Positions 48,697-57,112 of a stretch of 64,000 nt of DNA are shown piece by piece (positions within the stretch are counted from its first letter, which is position 1; every line of letters begins with the position of its first letter). The stretch spans positions 37,830 to 101,829 of the forward strand of contig CANMVC010000003.1 in NCBI GenBank assembly GCA_947501325.1, given 5' to 3'. The DNA comes from an uncultured Sphingomonadaceae bacterium (GTDB lineage Bacteria; Pseudomonadota; Alphaproteobacteria; Sphingomonadales; Sphingomonadaceae). Under the pieces are notes generated by a model. The model saw nothing but the letters and a program-made list of their open reading frames with translations. It was not told the origin of the DNA and did not search any database. The position numbers and the translations under genes are program-made.

Positions 48697-49407
48697 CTAG
48701 GCTCTGTCCCGCGGCAGAGGCGGGTTGCGCAAGGACCCGGTCGGATCGGACAGACTGCCTTTTTCCAATTTCATCATCTGCGCGCCCGGCACTTTGCTCA
48801 ACAGATGAATATCATGGGTGGCCACCACGATCGTCGTGCCCAATGTATTGAGTGCCTCAAACAGCTGGAGCAGGCGCACGGCCATTTCCGGATCAACATT
48901 GCCGGTTGGTTCATCGGCCACCAATATTTCGGGCCGGCCAATGACCGCCCGGGCGATCGCCACCCGCTGCTGCTCTCCGCCTGACAGGGTCGCGGGACGG
49001 GCTTCTGCACGGTCGCCAAGACCAACCCAGTCAAGCATTTCAGCGACTGGCGTGGTGAGATCTTTCTCTTTCACCCCGGCAACACGCAGCGGCAGGGCGA
49101 TATTATCAAAGGCCGACAGATGCGGTACCAACCGGAAATCTTGAAAAACCACACCGATGCGCCGCCGGAATCCGGGCAAACGCTCCCGTGACATCGTCAC
49201 AGCATCTTCCCCGAAAAGGCGGATGAGACCGCGGCTGGGCCGCTGTGCGAGATAGAGCAGTTTGAGCAGCGATGTTTTGCCGGCACCAGAAGCGCCGGTC
49301 AAAAAGTAAAAACTGCCCGGATAAAGCGTGAAACTGAGGTCCGACAGCGTTTCCACGCCCGCCCCGTAGCGCAAGCCAACATTTTCAAATTGAACAATTT
49401 CATTCAT
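48697..49407 (-). CDS. ftsE: Cell-division ATP-binding protein FtsE
   Basis: 236 aa. Walker A GASGAGKTS, signature LSGGEQQR and Walker B ILVADEPTG. Confidence 0.9.
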   Translation of the reverse strand: MNEIVQFENVGLRYGAGVETLSDLSFTLYPGSFYFLTGASGAGKTSLLKLLYLAQRPSRGLIRLFGEDAVTMSRERLPGFRRRIGVVFQDFRLVPHLSAFDNIALPLRVAGVKEKDLTTPVAEMLDWVGLGDRAEARPATLSGGEQQRVAIARAVIGRPEILVADEPTGNVDPEMAVRLLQLFEALNTLGTTIVVATHDIHLLSKVPGAQMMKLEKGSLSDPTGSLRNPPLPRDRA

Positions 49408-49608
49408 CGGGATTTTTCAAATCATTTGATCGGGTTGGGACGCTGTATATTTCCTTGCTTCAATAGGACGTTACCTCGCCTGAAATCAACTGCTGCGTGC
49501 CGCGTCGCCCGTCGGACCGACCTTAAGGCGTGGAAAAAAAGGCACTTGTCTCAAAAGCATGCAGCACAGACTTGCAGTTTCATGGATTGCCGTGTTTAGA
49601 GGGACGTC

Positions 49609-50391
49609 ATGATATTGAATTGCCCGGCCTGCAAGACACGTTATCTCGTGCCAGACAGTGCGATTGGCCCCACCGGCCGGTCGGTGCGCTGCGCGTCATG
49701 CCGTCATAACTGGTTCCAAGAGGGTGCCCCGCCGCCACAACCCGTTGTGACACCTCCGCCAGCACAAAAGCCATTGCCCGGCACTGCGCCGCTTGCCGAC
49801 CCTCCGTCCGGGTCAGCCGCGGAACCGGAGCGGCCAAGCCAACCCCACCAACGCGAAACAACAACCGCGTCATCCGCCGCGCCGCCGCCAACGGCTCCTG
49901 TGACGCCCCCCTTTGTCTCGGAAACCAGCAGCTTTGCGCACGAACCCCCGTTTAAGCCGAGGCGCAATCCGGCCAAATTATGGACGATCGCGGCCATTGC
50001 TTTTGCCAGTCTCGTCATCATCGGCGGCGGCCTGTTTTACGCATTTGGACCGAAAAACTGGTTTGAAAGCTATCAAATGGCCTCGGTGGACGATACGCCA
50101 CTCTTGATCGAACTCAGCGAGAAGCAGGATCGCCGAACGCTGCAGGACGGCACCGAATATTTCGCCGCCAGCGGAACGATCATCAATCCGTCCGATACCG
50201 AACAATCCGTGCCATCCATGCTGGTCATCTTGCGTGATGCCAGCGGCCGGATTGTCTATAGCTGGAAAATGAAGGCGCCCGCCAAATCGCTTGCGCCCGG
50301 GGCGAAAATCAATTTCAATGAAGCCAAGCTGGACGTTCCGCGCTCTGCCAGTCAGCTGGAAGTGGGCTGGGCGGATGTGACACGCGAATAG
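49609..50391 (+). CDS. MJ0042-type zinc-ribbon / DUF3426 membrane protein
   Basis: 260 aa. MILNCPACKTRYLVPDSAIGPTGRSVRCASCRHNW (CxxC...CxxC), a Pro-rich linker, one TM and a C-terminal DUF3426-like domain. Confidence 0.7.
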   Translation: MILNCPACKTRYLVPDSAIGPTGRSVRCASCRHNWFQEGAPPPQPVVTPPPAQKPLPGTAPLADPPSGSAAEPERPSQPHQRETTTASSAAPPPTAPVTPPFVSETSSFAHEPPFKPRRNPAKLWTIAAIAFASLVIIGGGLFYAFGPKNWFESYQMASVDDTPLLIELSEKQDRRTLQDGTEYFAASGTIINPSDTEQSVPSMLVILRDASGRIVYSWKMKAPAKSLAPGAKINFNEAKLDVPRSASQLEVGWADVTRE

Positions 50392-50423
50392 CCGATGGGC
50401 TGGTTCAGCCCCGCCGTTCCGCG

Positions 50424-50702
50424 CTAGTGAAACTCGGTCACCAGGACTTGCGACTGACCATCCAGAGCGACTTTGCCTTGCGTGCGGGCCAGAGCAAAAA
50501 CACTGCCGCTTGTCCCGGTTAACCCCGGTTTTGTGTCGCGCTGCTGTGCAGATGCGCCAAAGCTGACCGATTCTCCGCTGATAATGCGCGCCGAGACTGT
50601 GACTTGTGTTCGGGCGTTGGACGAGGATGCCGTTTGCGCGGCAACAGGCGCGCCAGCCAGTATCCCGATCATCATTGTCAAAGAAAGCAAGATAATGCGC
50701 AT
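50424..50702 (-). CDS. Hypothetical small secreted protein
   Basis: 92 aa with signal peptide MRIILLSLTMMIGILAGAPVAAQ. No motif recognised. Confidence 0.45.
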   Translation of the reverse strand: MRIILLSLTMMIGILAGAPVAAQTASSSNARTQVTVSARIISGESVSFGASAQQRDTKPGLTGTSGSVFALARTQGKVALDGQSQVLVTEFH

Positions 50703-50951
50703 GAGCTAAAGAAAGCCCATAAAACCGCCCCCTGGCAAGGTAAATAAAAGGTTAACGCGCGCTTTTTTCGTCCTCTCACCCGATAAAACGGACAAAGTGA
50801 GTGAAACTGTATGACAAAGGGACATATTTGGGCGCAGCGTCAATCCGCATGGCTCATGGTAGCCGCGCCAACAATATCTGTTGCGGGCCTATCCACCCTT
50901 TGCTAGAGGCACGCGCCTACCAAGGGCTTATGGCCCGGTTCGAATGACAGT

Positions 50952-51040
50952 GCGGTCGTGGCGGAATTGGTAGACGCGCAGCGTTGAGGTCGCTGTGGGG
51001 TTAATACCCCGTGGAAGTTCGAGTCTTCTCGACCGCACCA
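50952..51040 (+). tRNA. tRNA-Leu (anticodon GAG)
   Basis: Hand-folded. Acceptor GCGGTCG/CGACCGC, D arm GCG..CGC, anticodon stem CAGCG/CGCTG with loop TTGAGGT, long variable arm, T arm GGAAG-TTCGAGT-CTTCT, discriminator A, and an encoded CCA. Confidence 0.85.
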
Positions 51041-51267
51041 GTATTTACTTTTGAAATCTTTAGCGACAGCAACGGGGCGCAATGGCTCTGCGGCCGCCCG
51101 CAACCATATCACTTATCTTCAGACCGGACATTGGACTGGCAAAGCTCCGCCAGGTTAACGCCTTGGGCGCTAAGTGTCTAAATTTGTTACGCTGTTGTAT
51201 AGTATCGCGCGCAGTTTATGATAGTCTGATAAGGCGCTGCCAGAACCAAGTAACAAGGACTCACCCG

Positions 51268-51780
51268 TTGGCTTTCAGAAATCGTGACAACGACTGGCAG
51301 TCGGATGTGGAAAGAGTGGATGCTGCTCGCCCGATGTTCCAGGAACAGTCGCTCTGGGCGATCAAAGTCTATCGATATGGTAGAGCTGTCGATAAACGCG
51401 CCGACGGTTTTCGCAAATGGGCTGGAACAAAACTCTACTGGTTCCTGTTCCGCTTTGTCGAAACACTGGTCGGTATTAGTCTGCCGAAAGAAGCCAACAT
51501 CGGACCGGGTTTAAGGATCTGGCACTTTGGTGGGGTTTTTATCAATCCCGGCGTTGTGTTGGGGTCGGGCTGCACGCTCCGTCAGGGCGTAACGATCGGC
51601 AATCGGATCGAAGGCGGCGGTGTTCCAGTCATCGGCAATAATGTCGAGATTGGCGCCTATGCCCAGATTCTGGGCGATATCCGTATCGGCGACAATTGCA
51701 ATATTGGCGCATCCGCAGTGGTGCTTTGCGATATACCCAATGGCAAGACGGCTGTGGGTAATCCGGCCGAGATTATCTGA
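51268..51780 (+). CDS. Hexapeptide-repeat O-acetyltransferase (serine acetyltransferase-like, WcaB/CysE family)
   Basis: The track ORF starts at 51082, directly after the tRNA. I prefer TTG 51268 (AAGGA lies 8 nt upstream) or ATG 51334. NDWQSDVERV...SLWAIKVYRYG is the N-terminal pattern of this family. The C-terminal left-handed beta-helix repeats are IGPGLRIWHFGGVFINPGVVLGSGCTLRQGVTIG...VIGNNVEIGAYAQILGDIRIGDNCNIGA. Confidence 0.7.
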   Translation: MAFRNRDNDWQSDVERVDAARPMFQEQSLWAIKVYRYGRAVDKRADGFRKWAGTKLYWFLFRFVETLVGISLPKEANIGPGLRIWHFGGVFINPGVVLGSGCTLRQGVTIGNRIEGGGVPVIGNNVEIGAYAQILGDIRIGDNCNIGASAVVLCDIPNGKTAVGNPAEII

Positions 51781-51812
51781 TGGTGGACTCAACTGATTTT
51801 GGAAATTTTTAA

Positions 51813-53045
51813 ATGCGTTCAAACGATCAAGGCTCCGGCCGCATCCCAATTGCATATCTGATCAATCAATATCCATCGATAAGCCATACTTTCATCAGAA
51901 ACGAAATTCTGGAACTCGAAAAACAAGGCTTTAACGTGACCCGGATATCGGTCCGCGGTTGGGATGCCGAGCTCATCGACGAAGCTGATATCGCCGAGCA
52001 TCGCAAGACATCTTATCTGCTAAAAGGCGGCTTATGGCCGCTAGCCGCGAGCCTCATCACCATTCTCTTTACCCACCCGATTGCTCTTTGGGCCGCGTTC
52101 CTTTTGGCGATGAAAATGGGGCGGTCGAGCGACCGCTTCATGCTTTTCCATCTCGTCTATCTGACCGAGGCCTGCCTGTTATTCCGGCAGATGCAGCGCG
52201 ACGGCTTGACTCATGTCCATTGTCATTTCGGCACAAATGCCACGGACGTCGGATTGCTGTGCAGCATGATCGGCGATATCTCCTACAGCTTTACGATTCA
52301 CGGGTCGGAAGAGTTCGACAAGGTCAAAAGCCTCAATCTGCGGGAAAAGGTGAAACAGGCCCGATTTGTTATCGCCATATCCACATTTTGCCGAAGCCAA
52401 ATCTACCGGTTTGCGCGTCAGCAGGATTGGGCAAAGATCAAGATCGTGCACTGCGGACTGGGTAGCGGCTTTATCGATAGTGCCGTCTCGGATCTACCAG
52501 ACAAGCCAAATTTCGTGTCGGTCGGTCGGTTTGCCGAGCAAAAGGGTCAAATAATATTGATCCGGGCCTGCAAAATTCTTGCCGAGAAAGGCGTCGCATT
52601 TGAACTGACAATGGTTGGCGACGGTGAAATGCGGCCGCAAATTGAACAGGAAATAGCCCATGGCGGTTTAGAGAAATCGGTCAAGCTGGTCGGCTCGAAA
52701 TCGGGAGCCGAAGTGAGAGATATTATCTTTCAATCCAAAGCACTCGTCCTCCCCAGTTTCGCCGAAGGATTGCCGGTGGTCATCATGGAGGCGATGGGGC
52801 TCGCAAGACCGATCATATCAACCTATATTGCCGGCATCCCGGAGCTGGTGCGGGACGAAAGCGAAGGCTTTCTGGTGTTTGCCAGCGACGAAACGGCCCT
52901 TGCCGACGCGATGGAGCGGCTGTTGAAGCTTGATGACAGCGCGCTCAAGCAAATGGGCGAACGGGCGCGGACGCGTGTCCGCGAGCGGCATAATGCGGTC
53001 ACGGAAGTCGCAAAGCTTAAACAACATTTTCTGGATATGGAATAA
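51813..53045 (+). CDS. Glycosyltransferase family 4 (WcaL-like)
   Basis: 410 aa. IAYLINQYPSISHTFIRNEILELEKQGFNV resembles the WcaL-type N-terminus. The C-terminal part has the FVSVGRFAEQKG...PSFAEGLPVVIMEAMGLARP E-x7-E region. Confidence 0.8.
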   Translation: MRSNDQGSGRIPIAYLINQYPSISHTFIRNEILELEKQGFNVTRISVRGWDAELIDEADIAEHRKTSYLLKGGLWPLAASLITILFTHPIALWAAFLLAMKMGRSSDRFMLFHLVYLTEACLLFRQMQRDGLTHVHCHFGTNATDVGLLCSMIGDISYSFTIHGSEEFDKVKSLNLREKVKQARFVIAISTFCRSQIYRFARQQDWAKIKIVHCGLGSGFIDSAVSDLPDKPNFVSVGRFAEQKGQIILIRACKILAEKGVAFELTMVGDGEMRPQIEQEIAHGGLEKSVKLVGSKSGAEVRDIIFQSKALVLPSFAEGLPVVIMEAMGLARPIISTYIAGIPELVRDESEGFLVFASDETALADAMERLLKLDDSALKQMGERARTRVRERHNAVTEVAKLKQHFLDME

Positions 53046-53122
53046 TGGCGGAGGCTGAATCGGCTTGCTATATAAGTTCATTAGCGTTCAATCGTTCAGC
53101 TAGCCAAAACTTGATACTCGTT

Positions 53123-53147
53123 GCCTTCGATAACTAGTTTCGAAGGC
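53123..53147 (+). terminator. Perfect 8-bp hairpin after the GT4 gene (no U-tract)
   Basis: GCCTTCGA-taactagtt-TCGAAGGC, 78 nt after the stop. The lack of a T-run makes intrinsic termination uncertain. Confidence 0.3.
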
Positions 53148-53302
53148 CTACTGTTCGCAAAGACCGCATCAATCTTTGACGCAAATCGTTTTCATTCGGC
53201 CCAAAAAATAATATGTGTTTATTAATTAAAGATATACCGCCGATTGACTCAAATAATATCATAAAATCGCCGCCGTTCGACAAAATAGGGAGGGGAGTTA
53301 AA

Positions 53303-54250
53303 TTGCCAGTACAAGCCGACTCACTAAAGAATAAAATTAGCGGTCTTCCGCTCAATTTTCTAAAATTGATTTTGCCCAAAAGATTTCGAGATACACTCGG
53401 AAGTTTGTTTGAAAAAACGCTGCGGCTGTTTCCTCGAAAAACCAGAATCAAGCTTAGATATTACAAGTCTTTTTCGGCTTTTCCTGATATGAGAAACCCA
53501 AGAACATTTAACGAAAAATGTACTGTACTAAAGTTCGTCAGCCCGAATCTTGCTCCGTATGTTGATAAAGTCCGAGCCAAGGATTTTATCGGAACGAAAG
53601 TTAGTAGTGAGCACATAATTCCAACTCTTTATTCAGGAAAAAATTTGCCGGATAGAGCTGATAGAAATTGGCCATTGCCCTTCGTTGTCAAAACTAACAA
53701 CGGTTCGGGAGGAAACATATTTGTCAGAGATCATGTCGATCATGAAGAACTGGAAAGAAAAATTGCAGTATTTTTGAGTCATGATTTTGGAAAATTTAGC
53801 GACGAAGAATATTATCGGAATGTTGAACCTCAAGTTCTGGTTGAACCATTCATATCAAATTCTTCGGAGCTCCCTTGGGATTACAAATGTCACGTCTTCG
53901 ACGGGAAACTAGAGTTCATACAGTTGGATCTGGACCGGGAATTTGCTCACAAGAGGGTGCTTTATGACCCGAATTGGGAGCAGCTCCAATTTCGGTTTGG
54001 CACTCATGGCCCCGCAACCGGCATTCCCCGGCCCAGAAATTTTGAAAAGATGATAGATATTGCTGAAACAATTGGTTCAAGCTTTGGCTATGTCCGAGTA
54101 GATTTGTATAATATAGAAGGCCAAATATTCGTGGGAGAATTGGGGTTCACCCCTGATGCTGGGCTAAGCAAGTTTGACCCTCAATCAATGGATTTAGAAC
54201 TGGGGAAATTGTGGCCATGGCCTGACCCTGCATTTCCTGAACTGCGTTAA
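53303..54250 (+). CDS. TupA-like ATP-grasp amidoligase
   Basis: The track ORF starts at 53213. I prefer TTG 53303, preceded by GGGAGGGGAG. NPRTFNEKCTVLKF...YVDKVRAKDFI, PFVVKTNNGSGGNIFV, DYKCHVFDGKLEFIQLDLDR..H.R..YD..W and GELGFTPDAG match my memory of PF14305. This is the most AT-rich gene of the islet. Confidence 0.7.
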   Translation: MPVQADSLKNKISGLPLNFLKLILPKRFRDTLGSLFEKTLRLFPRKTRIKLRYYKSFSAFPDMRNPRTFNEKCTVLKFVSPNLAPYVDKVRAKDFIGTKVSSEHIIPTLYSGKNLPDRADRNWPLPFVVKTNNGSGGNIFVRDHVDHEELERKIAVFLSHDFGKFSDEEYYRNVEPQVLVEPFISNSSELPWDYKCHVFDGKLEFIQLDLDREFAHKRVLYDPNWEQLQFRFGTHGPATGIPRPRNFEKMIDIAETIGSSFGYVRVDLYNIEGQIFVGELGFTPDAGLSKFDPQSMDLELGKLWPWPDPAFPELR

Positions 54251-54350
54251 AAGCTCGCCTATAAGTGTGTAAGCCGTTCCCTGACCGTTAGTCAGCCTCA
54301 CCAGATAAATCTTGAACGCAATGCGCTAGCGATCCGATTGGATCGAATAA

Positions 54351-54438
54351 TGGCGGAGTCGGAGGGATTCGAACCCTCGATAGGTTGCCCTATACACGCT
54401 TTCCAAGCGTGCGCGATCGACCACTCTGCCACGACTCC
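54351..54438 (-). tRNA. tRNA-Ser (anticodon GGA)
   Basis: Hand-folded. Acceptor GGAGTCG/CGACTCC, anticodon stem CACGC/GCGTG with loop TTGGAAA, long variable arm TATAGGGCAACCTATC, T arm GAGGG-TTCGAAT-CCCTC, discriminator G, and an encoded CCA. One A-C mismatch in the D stem. Confidence 0.8.
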
Positions 54439-54556
54439 GCAATGCTTATCAGAATCATCTGGTTGGTCGAAACTCTGACAGCGACGCTTCCCCTAGTGCG
54501 CGAAACGCTCTTTCGCAAGAGCTTGGTTGGGGTTAGGGTCAGGAATATCTCATTAT

Positions 54557-54627
54557 CCGTTTGTCCCGAGCCTGTCGAAGGGCGTTCCAAGACCATAGAC
54601 ATCCTTCGACAGGCTCAGGACGAACGG
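54557..54627. repeat. REP-like long-stem palindromic element (family A), copy 1
   Basis: Arms of 25 nt: CCGTTTGTCCCGAGCCTGTCGAAGG ...21 nt... CCTTCGACAGGCTCAGGACGAACGG, with 23/25 complementary. A second copy is at 58284-58356. It is the source of the spurious N-terminal extension of track ORF 54561. Confidence 0.8.
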
Positions 54628-54647
54628 CACATTGCAGGAACCCGCTT

Positions 54648-55742
54648 ATGAAACGCTATGCTTTTATCCTCCCTCTCGCCGCACTGCTCGCGAGCGCCCC
54701 GCTCTCAGCGCAGGAGCTTCCCAAAAAGGAATATCCCAGCCCCAATGCGATAGTCGATGCGGCCCCGGCGAGCGACTGGAAAGCCATAGCGGCCAGCGAT
54801 CTGCTGGTCATGGATCTGGCACCCGAAGCAAAGGGTGAAGCCCGCCGCGTGGTCATCCAATTGATGCCGCCGCCTTTCTCGCAAGGCTGGATCGGCAATA
54901 TCCGCAGGCTCGCCGCCGCGAAATTCTGGGACGGCACCAGCATCAACCGGGTGCAGGATAATTATGTCGTGCAATGGGGCGATGCGGGATATGACAATCC
55001 GGAATCGGGAGAAGTGGAGCAGAAGGCTTTGCCGGAGGGTTTGGTGGAAGTGCCAGAGAGTGAGTATGAGATAAAAACCAAAGAGCTGATAAAGGTTACT
55101 GCTGGTTTTGAAACAAACGAAGCTGCCGAATCGTTTGTCGAAGGAGAAGTTGCTGAAGTATTCAGGGAAGCTGAGGAGTATCGAGATACGAGACCCGGCG
55201 AGCTCCCTCCCTGGATGATATTGTGGAAAGCCCTTGGCAAAAACCCTTACTCTAAGGTTGTCGCATTCGTAGACGGATGGCCAGTTGCTGCAAGCGATGG
55301 TGGAATAGAGGAGTCGACTTGGCCCATCCACTGCTACGGCGCGGTTGGTGTAGGTCGCAACCTCTCGCCCGATACCGGCACGAGCGCCGAACTCTATACC
55401 GTTATCGGCCATGCCCCGCGCCATCTGGATCGCAATATCGCGGTGGTCGGACGCATCGTTGAAGGCATCGAGCATCTCTCCAGCCTGCCGCGCGGCAAGG
55501 GTCAGTTGGGCTTTTATGCCGATCCCAAGAAGCGCGTGCCGATCCAGTCGATCCGGCTGGGCAACGCCCTGCCCGCCACGGACCAACCCCGGTTTGAATA
55601 TCTCGACACCGCCAGCAAAGCCTTCGCCCAATATGCCGATGCCCGCGCCAACCGCCGCGATCCGTTTTTTATCAAACCGGCAGGCGGCGTGGATATTTGC
55701 AATATACCGGTGCCGGTGCGGCGGGTGAAGGCGGGAGAATAA
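54648..55742 (+). CDS. Secreted cyclophilin-type peptidyl-prolyl isomerase-like protein, paralog 1
   Basis: I prefer ATG 54648 (MKRYAFILPLAALLASAPLSAQ signal peptide). WDGTSINRVQDNYVVQWGD and ...AVVGRIVEGIEHL resemble cyclophilin F.R.....QGGD / G.V..G motifs. It is a clear paralog of 56007-57023. Confidence 0.6.
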   Translation: MKRYAFILPLAALLASAPLSAQELPKKEYPSPNAIVDAAPASDWKAIAASDLLVMDLAPEAKGEARRVVIQLMPPPFSQGWIGNIRRLAAAKFWDGTSINRVQDNYVVQWGDAGYDNPESGEVEQKALPEGLVEVPESEYEIKTKELIKVTAGFETNEAAESFVEGEVAEVFREAEEYRDTRPGELPPWMILWKALGKNPYSKVVAFVDGWPVAASDGGIEESTWPIHCYGAVGVGRNLSPDTGTSAELYTVIGHAPRHLDRNIAVVGRIVEGIEHLSSLPRGKGQLGFYADPKKRVPIQSIRLGNALPATDQPRFEYLDTASKAFAQYADARANRRDPFFIKPAGGVDICNIPVPVRRVKAGE

Positions 55743-55764
55743 AGATTTAATCTAAAAGCCTGGT

Positions 55765-55846
55765 GCCCCTGCGCAGGCAGGGGCCCATCTCGGACGCTCT
55801 CGTTTAACCGCATCGGCGGGAGATGGACTCCTGCCTGCGCAGGAGC
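55765..55846. repeat. Nested palindromic repeat element (family B), intergenic copy
   Basis: GCCCCTGC-gcag-GCAGGGGC / CCATCTC ...27 nt... GGAGATGG / CTCCTGC-ctgc-GCAGGAG. Same architecture as the pheT-internal copy, with compensatory stem changes. Confidence 0.75.
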
Positions 55847-56006
55847 ACAGACCAAATGATTTTCCCCTTTCCTACATCGGGTCAAATCGGCTAGCTTTCC
55901 CCCATGACGCATTCATCAATCCTTCCTGCTCCGCCCGCCGCTGACCCGCTTTTTTTGGCCCTTTCCGGGCGCAAAGATTTTTCCGCTTTGGGGGGTGTGA
56001 CCCTGT

Positions 56007-57023
56007 GTGACCCTGATGTATAATTTTCAAAATTTTGCATTACCGGGCGCCTGCTTTCGCAGCAGCCTCGCAGCCCTCTTGGCTTTCCTGCTGCCCATCG
56101 CCCCCGCCATAGCGCAAGATCAAGATGATCCCGCCATCGAACAACCCGCGCCAACCCCGCAAGAGGTGCTGGCCGCTGCGCCCGCCGACCATTGGTTGCC
56201 GATTCCGGTTCGCGACCTGATCATCTTCACCCTGCCCGATGATGCGGAAGGTAACAAACGGCAGGCGGTGATCCAGCTGATCCCGGCCGAGCTTTCGGGC
56301 GCGCATGTTCGCAATGTCCGCAAATTTGCCGCCCAGCGCTGGTGGGATGGCACGAAAATATACCGTGTCTCCAAGGATTTCGTCACCCAATTTGGCGGCA
56401 ATCCCGACAATAAGCAGGTTCCCGAGAATCTCGAAACCGTGCCGGAGAGCGACTATTTCAACGCGGCGCTCGGTGCCAAGCGCGCTACGGACCAGGCCGC
56501 GCTGGATGCGGCCGTTGCGTATAGCAATGAATATCAGGGCACAGAAATCCGGCCACTGATGAAGATGATCTATGAAAGCTATGGCGCGAAAGTCGGCTTT
56601 GGCGCGGGCTGGCCGATTGGTACCAAGGATGGCAAGGCCTTTCCGATCACCTGCCGCGGGTCCTTGTCTCCGGCCCATTATGATCCGCCCGATGCCGGCA
56701 CCGGCGCGGAAATCTCGATCATCACGGGCGAAGCGGCGCGCAGCCTGGATATGACCTTTGGCATGGTCGGGCGAGTGATTGATGGCCTGGAGCATGTCAC
56801 CAACCTGCCGCTTGGCACGGCAGCAGGCGGATTTTATGCCGACAAGTCACAGCATATTCCGATCACCTCGGTGCGTCTGGCGAGCGAACTGCCTCTGGCC
56901 GAGCAGCCGCGCTATGAATATCTCGCCAGTTACAGCCCGTCGCTGCTGCAATATATTGAAGCCCATGGCGGCTATGGCAATATCTGCACCGTTCCCGTGC
57001 CGATAAGAAAAGTTGCCGAATGA
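56007..57023 (+). CDS. Secreted cyclophilin-type peptidyl-prolyl isomerase-like protein, paralog 2
   Basis: 338 aa with start at GTG 56007 or ATG 56016. Signal peptide ...LLAFLLPIAPAIAQ. WDGTKIYRVSKDFVTQFGG and MVGRVIDGLEHV. Confidence 0.6.
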   Translation: MTLMYNFQNFALPGACFRSSLAALLAFLLPIAPAIAQDQDDPAIEQPAPTPQEVLAAAPADHWLPIPVRDLIIFTLPDDAEGNKRQAVIQLIPAELSGAHVRNVRKFAAQRWWDGTKIYRVSKDFVTQFGGNPDNKQVPENLETVPESDYFNAALGAKRATDQAALDAAVAYSNEYQGTEIRPLMKMIYESYGAKVGFGAGWPIGTKDGKAFPITCRGSLSPAHYDPPDAGTGAEISIITGEAARSLDMTFGMVGRVIDGLEHVTNLPLGTAAGGFYADKSQHIPITSVRLASELPLAEQPRYEYLASYSPSLLQYIEAHGGYGNICTVPVPIRKVAE

Positions 57024-57112
57024 TGTAACTTTATTACGCAGCCCTCTCGCACATGTCATATTTTGCTGATATTGGACGAGGGCAAGACTCGGCAAAAAAC
57101 AGGAGCCTCCCC

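Noticed and set aside
54561-54647. N-terminal extension of track ORF 54561..55742 (MSRACRRAFQDHRHPSTGSGRTAHCRNPL...). The same issue affects upstream extensions of ORFs 33620, 57053, 36056, 51082, 53213, 26869 and 17308.
   Set aside because: The extensions run through a palindromic repeat, a tRNA-adjacent spacer or the 3' end of the preceding gene. Internal starts have ribosome-binding sites and give canonical N-termini or signal peptides.
55995-56014. Perfect 10-nt tandem duplication GTGTGACCCT x2, overlapping the GTG start of cyclophilin-like paralog 2.
   Set aside because: Only two units are present, there is no further periodicity, and an ATG start 9 nt downstream gives the same signal peptide. 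It is probably a trivial slippage duplication.
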